A stretch of 56,293 bases of DNA from contig BFEA01000002.1 of assembly GCA_003427395.1 (NCBI GenBank), forward strand, positions 6,530,730 through 6,587,022. Direction: 5' to 3'. The notes beneath the pieces were generated by a model. That model was not told where the DNA came from, made no database searches, and saw only the letters and a program-made list of their open reading frames with translations. The DNA comes from Chara braunii (Eukaryota; Plantae; Charophyceae). Made by a program: the position numbers and the translations under genes. Of the stretch, positions 35,844 through 48,648 are shown in pieces; the stretch's first letter is position 1; every line of letters starts with the position of its first letter.

Positions 35844-37149
35844 TCACTGCGCGCCCATTCGCTCCGCCAGTGCGTCCCGCAGAATGAGCGCATCCCCCGT
35901 CAACGACTCCATACACATCGGCCTCGACGGCCGCTGCATCCCAAGATCCACCCTGCGACGCACACCGTCCAGCCCGACCTCGCACAGTAGATTGTCGTCA
36001 AAGGGGATCCCCGCGTCGATGACTAAGTTGTGCAGAATCTAGACGACGACGAGCTGCTGCGGCAACGTCTCCATGTTCGTCTTTTGGGAGCGAAGGAACA
36101 ACCTCCACATCCCCTTCGGTCTGCCGAAAGCCGTCTCAACTGCTCCCCTCGCCGTCTTTTGCGTGTTGTCGAAGTGCAGCTCCAACGGGTGCTGTGAGAG
36201 ACCGCCATAGGGGACAACTACCCATTCGGAGGGGGGATAACCGTTGTTGCCCAGTAGATACCCGTTCGTCTGCACACCGAAAGGCAGCACGACAGGTGGC
36301 CCAGTGAAAAGTTCCCCTGCCTCCGCGCGCGCCCATAAACTCGACAGGTGGACGATCCTCACGTTGTGGCAACTTCCCGGATGTTCGACGAACACATCCA
36401 GCACACACAAGTTCAGATCGACGACGACCTGCACCTGGATGGAGAAACGGTGTTTTCTATCGTAGTAGTCCTCCTCGGGGCAATTCGTTGGCTTGTCGAT
36501 GAAGATGTGGGTGCAGTCGATGCACCCATGGCAATTAGGGAAACCCTTGTCAGCGAAAGCACGCAAGACAACCGCCTTTTGCAGCCCCGTCGGCCACGAT
36601 ATCTTGTCGGGGTACGCACTCAACAACGCCGCAGTTACATCCCGCACAGTGCGCAACCCTGAAGATTTGCCAATGCCGAAGCTGCATGTCCCGCTCTTGT
36701 ACGTCTCCCCGGACGCTCACCTGTACAAAGCGTACGCGACAATATGGTCGGGCTGGAGGGGCTCCCTATAGAAAGTGACACGCCATTGAAGGAAGGGAGA
36801 TAGAGCTTCCGCGATCTCTTGGATCACACGTGGCGACATGCGCAACCGTCGCGTCGTCGCCTTGCCGCAGATCCTCCCATATCCCCCCTGTCCGTCGCTT
36901 CATCCACCACCTGGGCGTCGCTCTAGGAAATGTTCCACACACCATGGCGTCGCAAATGGCACCAGTGTCCTCTAAGTCCACATTCATGGACTGCAGCGTC
37001 CTCTTCCGCCGTGCACGAATGGCCGCTCTCATCCTCCCCTCAGTCCTCTGCAATTGACACCGGAAGAGGATGGCGTTCATGGTCGCTGCCACAAACATCC
37101 TCTCCTCCTCGCTCAGTGTGTCACGGCCCGCCTCCCCTTTCATGTCCAT
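35844..37149 (-). pseudogene. Harbinger DDE transposase; disrupted
   Basis: PRWWMKRRTGGIWEDLR, GCIDCTHI, YYDRKHRFSIQ, PGSCHN, LLGNNGYP (catalytic D changed to N), ETAFGRPKG. Internal deletion and frameshifts. Confidence 0.92.
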
Positions 37150-38368
37150 GATCGCGGAAATAGGTACTGTCGACGTGGGCGTCGCGAAGTACAGAAGATT
37201 CCACGTGTGCCAGGGTGCACAACAACAATGCTGTAAGTGACGACCGGAGTGCACGGCGTAGACGTCGACGACGAAGGTGCGTCTGTGAAGACGACAACGA
37301 TGGCGATTGTGTGACGGCGTGTTTGCTGCTTTGGATGTGTACATCGACGTGCCGTCAACACGCAGCCCCCACTCCGTACCCAAACGCTTCCGCCGAGAAA
37401 CATTGTTGCCGCTAGCCGCAAGGGACACCCACTCCGCCATCACTCGCTTGCAGAAATTCGAATTTCAAATTTCAAATCCGGGACTGCGCGCCTTTTTCGT
37501 GGCCATTTTTTTTTCCCGCCGCCGACTTTCAAATTCGCGACACCCACCCAAGCTAGACCAAGCACGTCGGCACGGACACACCTTGCTGGACCAACCTCGC
37601 CTCCCCCCCCCGAGTCCGCTTGTCGATATATGAAACTGGCCGCGGAAGGCCCCGAGGAATCATCCTCGGGGAACGATTCCGAGGATGAGTGGAACGACGA
37701 CGCGAATTTCCGCGGGCGACGATGGGAGAATTTCCTCGGGCCCCGAGGACGGCCCGAGGAGTGTTGAACGAGCCCTAGGGCCTTGTAGTCATTGCTAGCG
37801 CTGTTGTTGTTTGTTGTGGGCATACGTACATTTGATATATGCTTATTATATTACTACACACCCTCTCAACAAAACAATTTTTTTTATTTATTTTTATTTT
37901 TATTTTTATTTTTATTTTTATTTTTGAAGGGCGACAACCTTGAGATATCATCATCGAATTGATCGGCCCGGCCAAGTCCCACTTACCCAAATTCTTAACT
38001 TCTGAGTCGTGTGGCGAGGTCCGTTGTAGCCGAACTGGCCAGCCCGGGAGATGCGCGCGACCTTGCTTCGGTCGGCGCTAATACACTCTGCCAAGCGTGA
38101 ACCGGACGTCGACAGAACCCAAGCTACCGCCAAGGGTGCTACCACCGAGATAGCACTCTGGGGCCCGTTCTCCACTGCGCCTCCGTTGAGAGGTCGGTAT
38201 GGCGAGGCTAGCCATAGGCAAACAAGGTTGGTAGAGGAAGCACGACCTCCCGACACCAACAGCGAAGAAAAGTTATTGTAGTAAGTTGTGAGAGGTTAGG
38301 GAACTTAGAAGAGACAGAGAGAAGAGCATAACCTACAAGCAATCAAGGCAACGCCAGGGCAAGAAGGG

Positions 38369-40578
38369 ATGGGGAGATCCCCCCCCACCGCCCTAATGGA
38401 GGAGAGAGACTACAGGGAGGATGAAGATCATCGTCTGAGAGAGCTTTTTGCAGCATGCTTCAATGAGGGAATATTTCCTACAAAAATAGACCCTGGGGAA
38501 ATGAGCGTGGAAGGGAGGGAGGTGAGATTTAAGTTAAATACGTCATTAGACGATATCAAAGTCAGATGGCTCAAGGAGAGGACGGTCACGATAATGTTCA
38601 AAGATGAAGCAAGATACCTGCAGAGGAAGGTCAAGGATGACTTGGTGCAAACGTTCGAGGACGGATGGGTGATAGGGAATCAAGGCCTTACGGAAAACAC
38701 GAGGAGAGGAAGACTGGAAATCGAAGGACTTGGAGTTGCATAATACATTGCTAAGGCGCGAGAGGTAGCAGAATACATGATCCAAGAGGGACAGGTGGAG
38801 ATTCAACTTGGAGGCGTCCAGTACAAGATCCTCTTTAAACCTTGGATGACAAGGGTTGAGTTCCGGAACCTCCGAAGACAGGAAGATGAGTCCACTTTTT
38901 GGGTTACGGCCCTCCAGATTCCACTGGACGATATGCCCTTCATCTACGCTCAAATAGAGAAGGCAATCGGAAAGATAGTGCTTGCACATCCGACAGATCA
39001 AGATCCATGAAGACCAGCATTGGTTAACGCGCGCTTCGACTTGGACTCGGAGGCAAGGTTGAATATGAAGGATAAAATATGGGTGGAAACGACCAAGGGC
39101 GATACGTTGGAAATTCGACTTGCTACGGCAGGTGCGATGAAGTGCAGAAGGTGCAGGCAGTTTTTTCACCTGGAACAAGACTGTCGAAGAACGGGAGGAG
39201 GGGGAAGCCAGGGAGGCGGGAACGAATACCCCCAGCTCAAAGACAAGCGCAAAACCAAGGGCAAGGAGGCTCGGTGGGGAATGGAAGCTAGCAAGGCAAC
39301 CAAGGGTATCAAGGCCCTTTGGGCCCAAGGCCAGCAACCCCAGCAACATCAGGGGCAGCGAACAGAAGAGTGGAGATGAGATCAAATCCCACGTTCTCCC
39401 CGTCAGTGGGGGTAGGGCTACAGGCTGGCCAAAGAATTGAAGCTGCAGGACAACAGTTGGGAGTGGCCGGGCCGGGAAGACCCCAACCTTACTATGGCAT
39501 CCCATCTCAACAGGCAATCGACATCTTCAATGGAACATGGCTGACGGGTACCAACCTGATGGATGGATCGATGATCTTCAGTTAGTGGTCAGGGATGTCG
39601 GGCGGACAAGGGATAGGGAACTTGGCGCCCCAAATGGGAATGTCCAGATTACCGACGGGCCAAGGGATGGGTTTCACTGGGGCCATGGGAGCCCCGGGAA
39701 TGCAGATCCCGACACAACAACAATCGGGAGTAGGAGGAACTTACACGCCGGTTCAACCAGGAAGGAGCGTGTTGGATGGATGAGCGAGGCAAGAAATGGG
39801 GCACGAAAGACAAAAGTTGAAGGAGATCGCATGACGATCGAGAGGACTGTGGGCGGGGAAACAGAGAAGACTAAGCATGACAGATGTCACCCCAGAAATG
39901 TCAGATGCATTGCGGGCGCCAAGATAGGCGTCAGAGAAGTCAGTAGGCCAGGACATAGGGATCGGGACACCAGGTAGCAAGACGACTAGGGACAGAAGAC
40001 TTGCTTGAACAGCAAGAGGACAAGGATCGGAACTGTTGCAGTTCTTGGTCCCCCTCCTATGTACAATGATCTGGAACGTATATTGGGTGGTGATGTGGCA
40101 GAGGGACTCGGGAGCTCCGATGTTGTTCGGACAAGCAGTCAGCGAGATGCCATCCCCCAGGGAAATCGTAGACTAACTGAAGAACCTCTATTTAGAGGCA
40201 TTTCCCGCAAGGATAATCCCGGATATGCCCATGCCGCGAATCCTCTTCGGACATGCCAGTAATAAAGTAAAACTTTACGTGTCGATCGTAGACGTGAGAC
40301 TGACAGAGGGGAAAATCACGAAGTTGGAAGCAATGGGCATGAGATTATCGCCCCTGGCGATCTTTGCCGAAGCGAGGAAACAAGAGCTAAGCAGCATTAC
40401 GATATCGCCGCTGATGGTTACGACAAAAGTCCCGACTGAGATGAAGATCAGACTACCGAGAGAAAAGAAGTTGGAATCGGTCTTCATCCGCATCGCCCTT
40501 ACATTGGATTGGTTAAGCAGAGGAGCAACCTTATCCCAGATCCAAAATCAACAGGGAGGAGCAACCCGGAATGGTTAG
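38369..40578 (+). pseudogene. LINE-B ORF1; disrupted
   Basis: Homologous to LINE-A ORF1. CRRCRQFFHLEQDC zinc knuckle. Confidence 0.8.
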
Positions 40579-43500
40579 ACAACGAGTTGCGACATGAAAC
40601 CTTCTGGGGATAGGGGATACGTCCGGTAGGCATAAGAGGTTTAGGATTAAGGTTGCACGGGAATAAAATCTCAGTTGCCTGTTAAATGAAGAGAAGATTG
40701 ATGGGTTAGGAAGATGGTGGGATGGACCACAGACCTGGGCAGCAGCCCAGGGGTCCAAGGGAGGAATGGGGATAGTAGTCCACCGGGACTTAGGACGATA
40801 TATAGTGGACTACTACATGGACATCTGTGGCAGATGGGCTTGGATTGTATTCAAGTAGGGGGGAATGAAATGGGCTGTAGTATCAGTCTACGCACCGGTG
40901 AGCAGAAAAGAACGCTGCATGTTCTTGGAGGATCTGAAGGTTATGCTACCAGATGTGGATGATATAATCATTGGGGGGGATTGGAACTCCTCACTGGACT
41001 CATTCCCCGATCAACAAGCAAGGGGCTGTGGAAAGGATGTGTTAGCCTTGGTGGACTTCATGATAGACTTGGATCTGCACGATCCGTTAAGAGAGCTGCA
41101 CCCGATTGATAGAGGATATACATGGTTTTCTCACCGGGGCAAGGGGCGGAGGCTGGACTTCCTCCTAACAGGGGGAAGGATTCACAAGGCGATAATAAAG
41201 GTCCAAACACAGTTCAACCCAGTATCTGACCATAAACCAATGGTGGGAACGTTGTCTCTGGGTCCGAAGCAGGCTAGAGGACGAGGCTACTTCAAGTTGA
41301 ACACAGTAAACCTCAGAGATGAAGGACTAACTAAATGGACACAAGACTTTTGGCACCCATGGGAGGTGCAGAAAGATAACTTCTCAACACTGGCGGAATG
41401 GTGGGAAGGGGGATCTAGGATTATGTCCAATCTGCTGAACGTGTTCTCGCATATCCTAGCTGCAAACAGGAACAAGAAGGAAATGAGGTGTTGGCGAAGG
41501 GTTCGGGAGGCAGAAGAAAGGATGAAGGAACATCCAATATCGGAACTCACCTGGGTAAGGAGAGAGGGAAACACCTGGCCATATGGGATGCATTGCAGCA
41601 TGAGAAGTCAGAGCAGTGGGCGGAGAGGCTAAAAGTAAAGGGTTTGGAAGTGTACGACAAAATGTCCAAAGAGTCCTTCCAAAAGCTAGTTCCGGCGAGA
41701 ACGACGCAAGTGATAAAGGAGCTTAAGCATCCTTTCGACAAAGATGCCCCGACGGCCACCCAACCAAATGAGCTTTGCAACTATGCGGTGATGTACTACA
41801 GGGACATCCTCACCTCGCGGAGGATAGGGGAAGGAGCCAACTTGGACCTAATGTTAGGTGCAGTCCACTGGGTAAACACAACAGTGCGCCTCCTGACGGA
41901 GGCAAGATTGGATTTGGACCGGCCCATAACCAAAGAGGAAGCAGAGGAGGCGTTCAAGGTGATGGCAAACAGCAAGATAACCGACAACGACGGACTGCCA
42001 GTAAAGTTCTACACACAGCATTGGGAAGTACTTGCGGAAAGCCTGATTGCAGTTTACAATGAGATACAGATTGGAGGCAAATTCCCAGTTAGCGCCTGCA
42101 GAGGGATCATCTCGTTACTGGTCAAGAAGGGGGATACTAATGAAATCAGGAACTGGAGACCGATCTCACTACTGAACATCTCTTATAAGATTTTTGCGAA
42201 AGTACTTGTGAGAAGGTTGGGGAGATATTTGCCTCGACTGGTTGCTGATGATCAAGCCGCCTTCGTCCAAGGAAGGTCGATCTATGACAACATTGTAACA
42301 TTGGTGGAGGCACTTGAAGTAGTCAACCAGGCGAAGTTGGAGGTCACAATACTAATGCTTGATATGGAAAAATCATACAACCGGGTTAATTGGTCGTATG
42401 TTTTATTCACTATGAAATTGATGAATTTCGGTGACCCCTTCTGCATGTGGGTTGTCGCCCTGTACTCTCCGTCTACCGCATCAGTAATGGTCAATGGTCA
42501 TATTTCGTCCCCGTTTAAACTGTCAAGGTCTCTGTGCCAGCGATGTCCACTAGCGCCGCTTCTCTCTGTTGTCCACTTCAAGTTAGAAGTCTTGTTGAAT
42601 AATATAAGGTCTCATACGCAGGTGGTAGGGTTGGAAACAAACCAGATGGTTTGCAAGGTGAAAGCCCTTGCGGACGACCTGTTCGCAATCTCGGCTAACA
42701 TAGTAGAATCAATGACAGTCTTGCATTTCTGCCTAAAACAGTACGAGGAGCTTTCAAAAGCTGCAATTAACTGGCAGGAGTTTGTTTATTTTCTCCCAGA
42801 ACAATGCACATCGGCGGTGAATTGGGGTACGAAACGAATCATGCAGGACGAGTCGGAGCGCTTCCTCGGAGTGCAAGTGGCCCTCTCCTCGTGTGCGATG
42901 CGTCAAAAAGAAATCTTGCAATCTAAAATCATGCAGAGACTGAGCACTTGGGGTCAGGCTTCGCATCTGTCCTTATATCGCCGAGCACTAGTGGTCAACG
43001 CAACCCTGTTTGCCCTCTTGTGGTATGTAGGGAATATCAAGCCACGGTCAAAAGGAAAGCGGCTAGGTTCATTTGGCGTCCATTCGCTGAGGAGGGACAG
43101 GAGGTGATGTCGAAAGTAGCCTGGGATCTGATATGCGCACCGAGACCGGAAGGGGACTGAGCATAACTGACCCGGGCAGAAGAAATACCCCAATGCTAGC
43201 CAGATGGGTGGTCCGTGCTATGTGCTTAGAGAAGGATCAACACTGGGTCTCCTTAGCACAGAGGATTCTGGTTAGGGAATGGAGCCCAACTAGGAGCTCA
43301 GATGTTTGGGCGTGCGTCTGGATCGATTCCTTTTTAAGGAGAAGAGTGAAATCAGAGTTATGGGCGATAGTGCTGGCGGCCTGCAGGAAAGTGAAGCCAT
43401 AAATGGTTGCACACCCGAGTACAAAGGAGGAGGTTCTCTCACAAATAATCTTTGAAAAACACCTCATCAGGGACACAACAGGTTCGATGCTGATGGGAGA

Positions 43501-44549
43501 TGCTAAGCCAGGCAACTTTGGTAGAAGGTGGGCGGAGAAAGTAGTGCGTCTAAGAGATTTATGGGATTAATGGAGGAACAACTGTGAGGAACTCGAAGAA
43601 AAGCTCAGACCGAGGAAATGTTCCAAACAAAGAAAGTTGCAAGTAATAGAAACAATCCCAGATGAATGGAAGCAGATTCTATCACCTGAATTTGTTAACC
43701 CATCAGGAACCTGGTACGAAATGAGCACACAGGGGGATAACTCGGAAAGAGTCTTCCTCAAAATAGTTGAGCTTGGTGGCTTCAGAGGTAGAAGGTTTCA
43801 GCAGTGGACCCCAACAGGCCCAGAAGGGGTGCAAAGGCGACTAGAAATACAGGAAACACTGATCTCGATACCAACTGGACATATCCAGGAGGTGAGAGTC
43901 AGAGAAACCCTAGACATGGAGGGAGACCGGCAAGTGTCCCCATGGAATGGAGGAGAAGCTTTGGCAAACTTAAATGCCGACCCAAACCAGTGGTGTTGGC
44001 AAGGGAGAGGTCGCCAAGGGGAGAATGTGAGAGTGGACGAATACTCACTGGAGCTGGGCTATAAGGTACAGACATCTGCTTGAAAACCAAGTACGATAGC
44101 AACGGACAGGTGGAGTCGCGTCCTAACGGAAGAAACAGAGTAGATTCAACGGGCATTGAACAAATGTTGGCAGAAGTTGGTACTAGATGCTCCAGATACT
44201 AGAGTGGCCTCGCTCCTATGGATGGCCTCGTTACTGGCCACTCCCTCAGCAGTATCCCTGTTGAGTCGAGGGATAAAAATGGATCCGCAACACAAAAGGT
44301 GTCTCTGGGCTTTCGAATCGACGGTTCATATCTGGTGGGATTTCCCAGCCTCCAGAAGAATTTGGAACTGGTGGATAACTCAATGGGAGACCTGGACAGG
44401 GGAGTTGAAGTGGGACAGGAAGTGGGTATTACTGGGAAGAATCCCAGACAACCTCTATCCACACAGATGATGGGGCTATGTAGCTCAGGCAATCCGGGCA
44501 GTGGGATACTGGGTAATTTGGATGGAAAGGAACAAAGCACAATTCGAAA
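40571..44549 (+). pseudogene. LINE-B ORF2 (APE, RT, zf-RVT); disrupted
   Basis: RVAT*NL, SVYAP, IIGGDWN, YTW, RLD, SDHKP; NWRPISLLN, QAAFVQGR, LDMEKSYNRV, QRCPLAP, LADD, RFLG; decayed C-terminal zinc finger ESTVHIWWD; WVIWMERN. Confidence 0.93.
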
Positions 44550-46418
44550 TCTTCAGACCCCGGATTAAGAATGACACTGCTGAAAAGAGGAGTAGCGCTA
44601 CGGTCGCGAGCGCATGGGGAACGAACCGGCCAGCGGGCCTGGCGGTCTTGCTACCCAAGACCTCGAGGTTGACGAGGACGATACGAGACGTTGACGCCAT
44701 CGCAGCATGGAAGGTAGGTTGACCTAACGGGTATGGTGGAGGTGCGGCGACGCGGGCGGGGTAGGAATACCTTGTAGTCAACGAGCGAACGGTGTCCTTG
44801 CGAGTGGAGCACTGCGAATAACACAAGGTGATCCTGAGGACGATACCAAGGAGATAGGAGATAATATTTTCAACACACGATGGCTTCTGCAGAGGGGCGG
44901 CGACTCGAGGCGGACTGCTGGCTCTCTAGGTTGAACGAATGTCGGGAGAAACTTCGGGCTATGGTGGTTCAACTCTCCTCCCACCCCCTGTCTGGTCTTG
45001 AGGTTGAAGGGGGAGCAACCTCTGTAACCGGATGGGTGGAGGCCATAGTGCAGCGCATGTTGGAAATCAGCGAGTCTTTCGAAGAGGGGCCTGCCATGGA
45101 GATAGATGCCTATATTGACTGGCACCGAGAAAACGATATATGGAGCGATTGTCTTCAGCTTCAAGCCGAAGCACGTGCGTGGGGTGTGGGGGTAATTAGG
45201 AGCTCCCAGGCAGCCGGATTTGCAACTTCGCCACTATCATCAGCAGTATCGTCGAAGGTATCAACAACAGAATCAACGACAGCATCATCAACAACGTTAA
45301 CAACAACATTAATAACAACATCAACAACAGCATCAACAATGGTAGCATCAACAACAAGTTTGACAACAGTGCTTATGACTACGACATCTGCAGAATTGCG
45401 AACATCAAAGACTGCAACAAGTGCCCCAGTGTGCATCACGGAGATATCAAACGCATGGGGAGCGATTTCTACTCTAACGCCGGACCCGGTGGGCATCATG
45501 GTGACTTCTTCTGAAACGGGGTCGGCATCAATGATCCATCTAGTATCAAGTTCGTTCGCAATAACACCGGGAGTGTTTGCTGCTCCGTCGGACGATCCAG
45601 TGGGTATAACGACGACATCTCACGAAACTGATCTATTATCGACTTCATCGACAACAGTAATAATGATATTCTCCACCGTGGTTGTGTCATTGGTTAGAAA
45701 TGAGCGGGTCACGTGGTCCCTTGTGTGGTTACTGATGGGGGTAGGTCAGGAGACGGAATCGTTGATCCCGTGGGTGGCATTTTGTTTCTTCAATCGTCAA
45801 GTCTGGGTGGTGTTTTGAAAGTGCTTGGGATAACTTGACTTGTGTTTCCAATTGGCTCTAGCCTGTGGAATGGATTAATTTTGCCTTGTTGGAAGGTCAT
45901 CTGCTTCTATCTGATTGCCTGGTCTCGATTGATCTCGTTGATCTCATCGATATGGATCTATGCGGGAACTGTGACTCTCACATAACTTGTAATATGCTGA
46001 ATTCTTCCTTTCTTGATTTGCTTTAAGTTCATTTCATCTTGAGGATCGTGTGAACTGTTGGGCATAGTCACTTAGGGTTTTGACTGAGATTCAGGGTGTG
46101 CTGACTTACTTTTGCCATGCTATAATCCCCCCCCCCCCCGGTTTTTGATTTGTAGGGTTTGATCATTGCCGGTTTGCTATAGTAGGGCAGAATTTGATTG
46201 TCTATGAGACTGGGTTAATCCTTCCCTTCAGGGGAAGCAATCAATGCTCAGTGCCCATTGTCTATTCTCGTTGACTAGGGAAGTTGTCTCTGCAGGAGCA
46301 GTGGCCGAGGTTCTTTCAGCCCTAATGGGAAGAGGCGTGTGTTTGCGTTGTATTTCAATTTGCAATTTGAGCCTTGGGCACTGGGCCCCTGTTCAAGAAA
46401 AAAAAAAAAAAAAAAAAA
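44550..46418 (+). mobile_element. ~1.87-kb poly(A)-ended insertion within LINE-B ORF2, carrying a 312-codon Thr/Ser-rich ORF (44880-45818)
   Basis: LINE frame breaks after WMERNKAQFE and resumes as RKTVPDPEMKATFKARIRRMIAADWRR after an A-tract at 46398-46418. Confidence 0.62.
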
Positions 46419-47064
46419 GGAAGACCGTGCCTGACCCAGAGATGAAGGCCACGTTCAAAGCAAGGATTCGAAGAATGATAGCAGCCGATTGGAGGAGGAA
46501 AGTACCTCGGGGCAGAGGAAGGAGCAACGGAATCAGATGGTTTCAGGATACTTGGGCCCAAGGTGGGAAACTGGTTACAATAGGAGGGGCAAGGGGTTTG
46601 CAGTATTCGGAGTGGCTAGCTAGCTACACTTACCAGGACACTTGGTATTCATCCGCGGTAGGAGGCAGAAGAGAAGTGGGGTAGGGAGTGTAGACACTGT
46701 CGAGAAGTAGTTGGAACTGGGATAGGTTCCAACCGTCGGATAGGCGGTCTGAGGGTAGCAGTTGCAGTAGGCTAGAGTACAATTAGGCAAGGCTCCACTT
46801 TGGATTGTATGTGGCTTGCAAGTGGTTGTTGGTGTGTTTTGTTATGGAAAAGGAAACTTGATCATAAAAAGATGCATGTGGATGGCAATAACCTTTTTGG
46901 CATGTTTGTTTTTAGAGGAGTTGTTGAGCACAGTGCTCACTGAACGAGTGCTGGTTCTTTCCCAGTGGTCCAGTCTCAATGTTGACTTTTAATGGAATTC
47001 TCATTTTTTCCAAAAAAAAAAAAAAGAATTGACCGGACCTAGGTAAAAGCTGAGGTGGTGAAAG

Positions 47065-47108
47065 CCCCCTGAAGACGACCGCGTGGTTGCGTTCGAAACC
47101 GGTCGGGG
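47065..47108 (+). ncRNA. Minimal type I hammerhead ribozyme (PLE #2, 5' copy)
   Basis: CCCC-CTGAAGA-c-GACCGC(gtggtt)GCGTTC-GAAAC-CG-GTC-GGGG. Confidence 0.8.
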
Positions 47109-47414
47109 TAGCCATACCCACCGGCATATGTATTGTTTTTGTTGATTTGAATACATCGATACTTGGCAACTTTCGTTTGTCGTTGTATTGGGTTGTGACG
47201 TGTATGTTTCATCATCTGTCACTTCACTCTTTTTCATACCTCTGACCGCACATGTGAACCTGCTTGGATACGTTTGCCCGAGTTTGAGTGAGCATGCTGT
47301 CCTTCTGGACGTGATTACTAGTTACGATATTGAAGCAATCAAGAGCAGACTTGTTTCGAAGTTTGAACAGCGAACGGAGTTCACTGAAGTATTGACCAAG
47401 CGAATTCGGGCGCG

Positions 47415-48648
47415 ATGGCTTACCGTGGTTACGACAGAGACCGGAGAGATGATCGNCGTGAGGGACGACGTGAAGACTGGAGGGACGGACAACGAGGAGG
47501 GGGACGCGACTACTACCAAGAGGAGCGGCACGACATACAACGGGAGCGAGGGGAATCGTCTGGAGAAACCCGTAGAAGGGCGCCACCTACATGTTTTGAA
47601 TGCGGCCAAGTTGGCCACTATCGCAATCAATGTTGGAAACTGACGAGCGAATGAGGGTCACGACCAGGAGATCGTCGAGCAGGACAACCGGGAGGTTCAC
47701 GCGAAGCCTCACCGGACCGCTCAAAGTTGAAGAAACAGATTGAAGAGCTGGGCACGTCACTAGCATCGATGCAAGGGCATATTGAGCAGGAGAAGCACAA
47801 GAGGATCGAGAAGGAGAGGCGGAAGCAGGAGAAGATGGAGAAACAACAGCGGACCATAGCTGAATGGGAAGCACAAGAGAAGAAGCAGGCACGGAAAAAC
47901 GCAAAGATTAGAGAAACCGAGGAATTGAAGATGTAGATGCGGAAGGAGATGAGGATGGAGGCTGCATTAGTCGCGAGTGAACTGCGAGAACAGATATCCG
48001 GAGGTTTCTGTGAACAATTGACGGACGAGATGCTCAAGGCGCTAGCAACAGCATCCATCGATCGGAAAGGGAAGAAGAAGGTAGCATCGCCACCGTCTCC
48101 AGGACCGTCGACTACAAGTGGCAACGAATCGGGCGACGTGATACCATTGAAATGATGTACTCGGATATTGACGCTTAAGGATAAGCGTAAGAGAAGCACC
48201 GAGAAAACGGTGGGCAATAGCCCACCGATGATGCAATCAGCGAAGAACGCCGCGGGCGACTGGAGTGAAACCCGTGCGACTCGCAGCAAAGTTACAACGC
48301 ACGACACCAAAGACGAAGACGAATAAGACTTCGCCAAGATTTACACCGAGAATGGGTACTCCACGGACGAAGATTGCTGCCACGGCGGGAACGGCGGGAA
48401 GATCGCAGTTCATTTGTGAGAACATGCGCACACTAGCGAATCTGGGTGTCGAAGATCTCAAGAAGATTTGTCGGAAGGAGGACGTGGATTACGAGAAGAA
48501 GACAATTGCCGCCATGAACATTGCAAAGAAGAGAGCAATGGTGGCTTATGGAAGTGAAAAGGAGGAGGTTGGCAGTAGTGATAACGAGACGGAAGGGATT
48601 GAGCAGGGAAGTGCCGATGAACAAGTCGAAGAAGAACCCGAAGCATGA
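47415..48648 (+). pseudogene. PLE #2 ORF1: CCHC zinc knuckle, coiled coil, HeH/SAP-like C-terminus; disrupted
   Basis: RD-rich N-terminus, intact CFECGQVGHYRNQC, E/K/R-rich coil, LANLGVEDLKKICRKEDVDYEKK. Confidence 0.8.

Larger units (their letters stand above)
31813..37775. mobile_element. Full-length PIF/Harbinger transposon #2
   Basis: TIRs GGGCATCGTTCTACACTCGTCGGGC and rc GGGCTCGTTCAACACTCCTCGGGC. TAG duplication at 31810-31812 and 37776-37778. TCCTCGGG/CCCGAGGA subterminal motifs at both ends. Two convergent genes. Confidence 0.9.
38050..46870 (+). mobile_element. Near full-length L1-like LINE-B, interrupted near the 3' end (boundaries approximate)
   Basis: ORF1, then APE-RT-zinc finger ORF2. 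The ORF2 tail resumes after the insertion at 44550-46418. Confidence 0.88.

Noticed and set aside
38546-39517. 323-aa minus-strand ORF
   Set aside because: Antisense shadow of LINE-B ORF1 with no motif.
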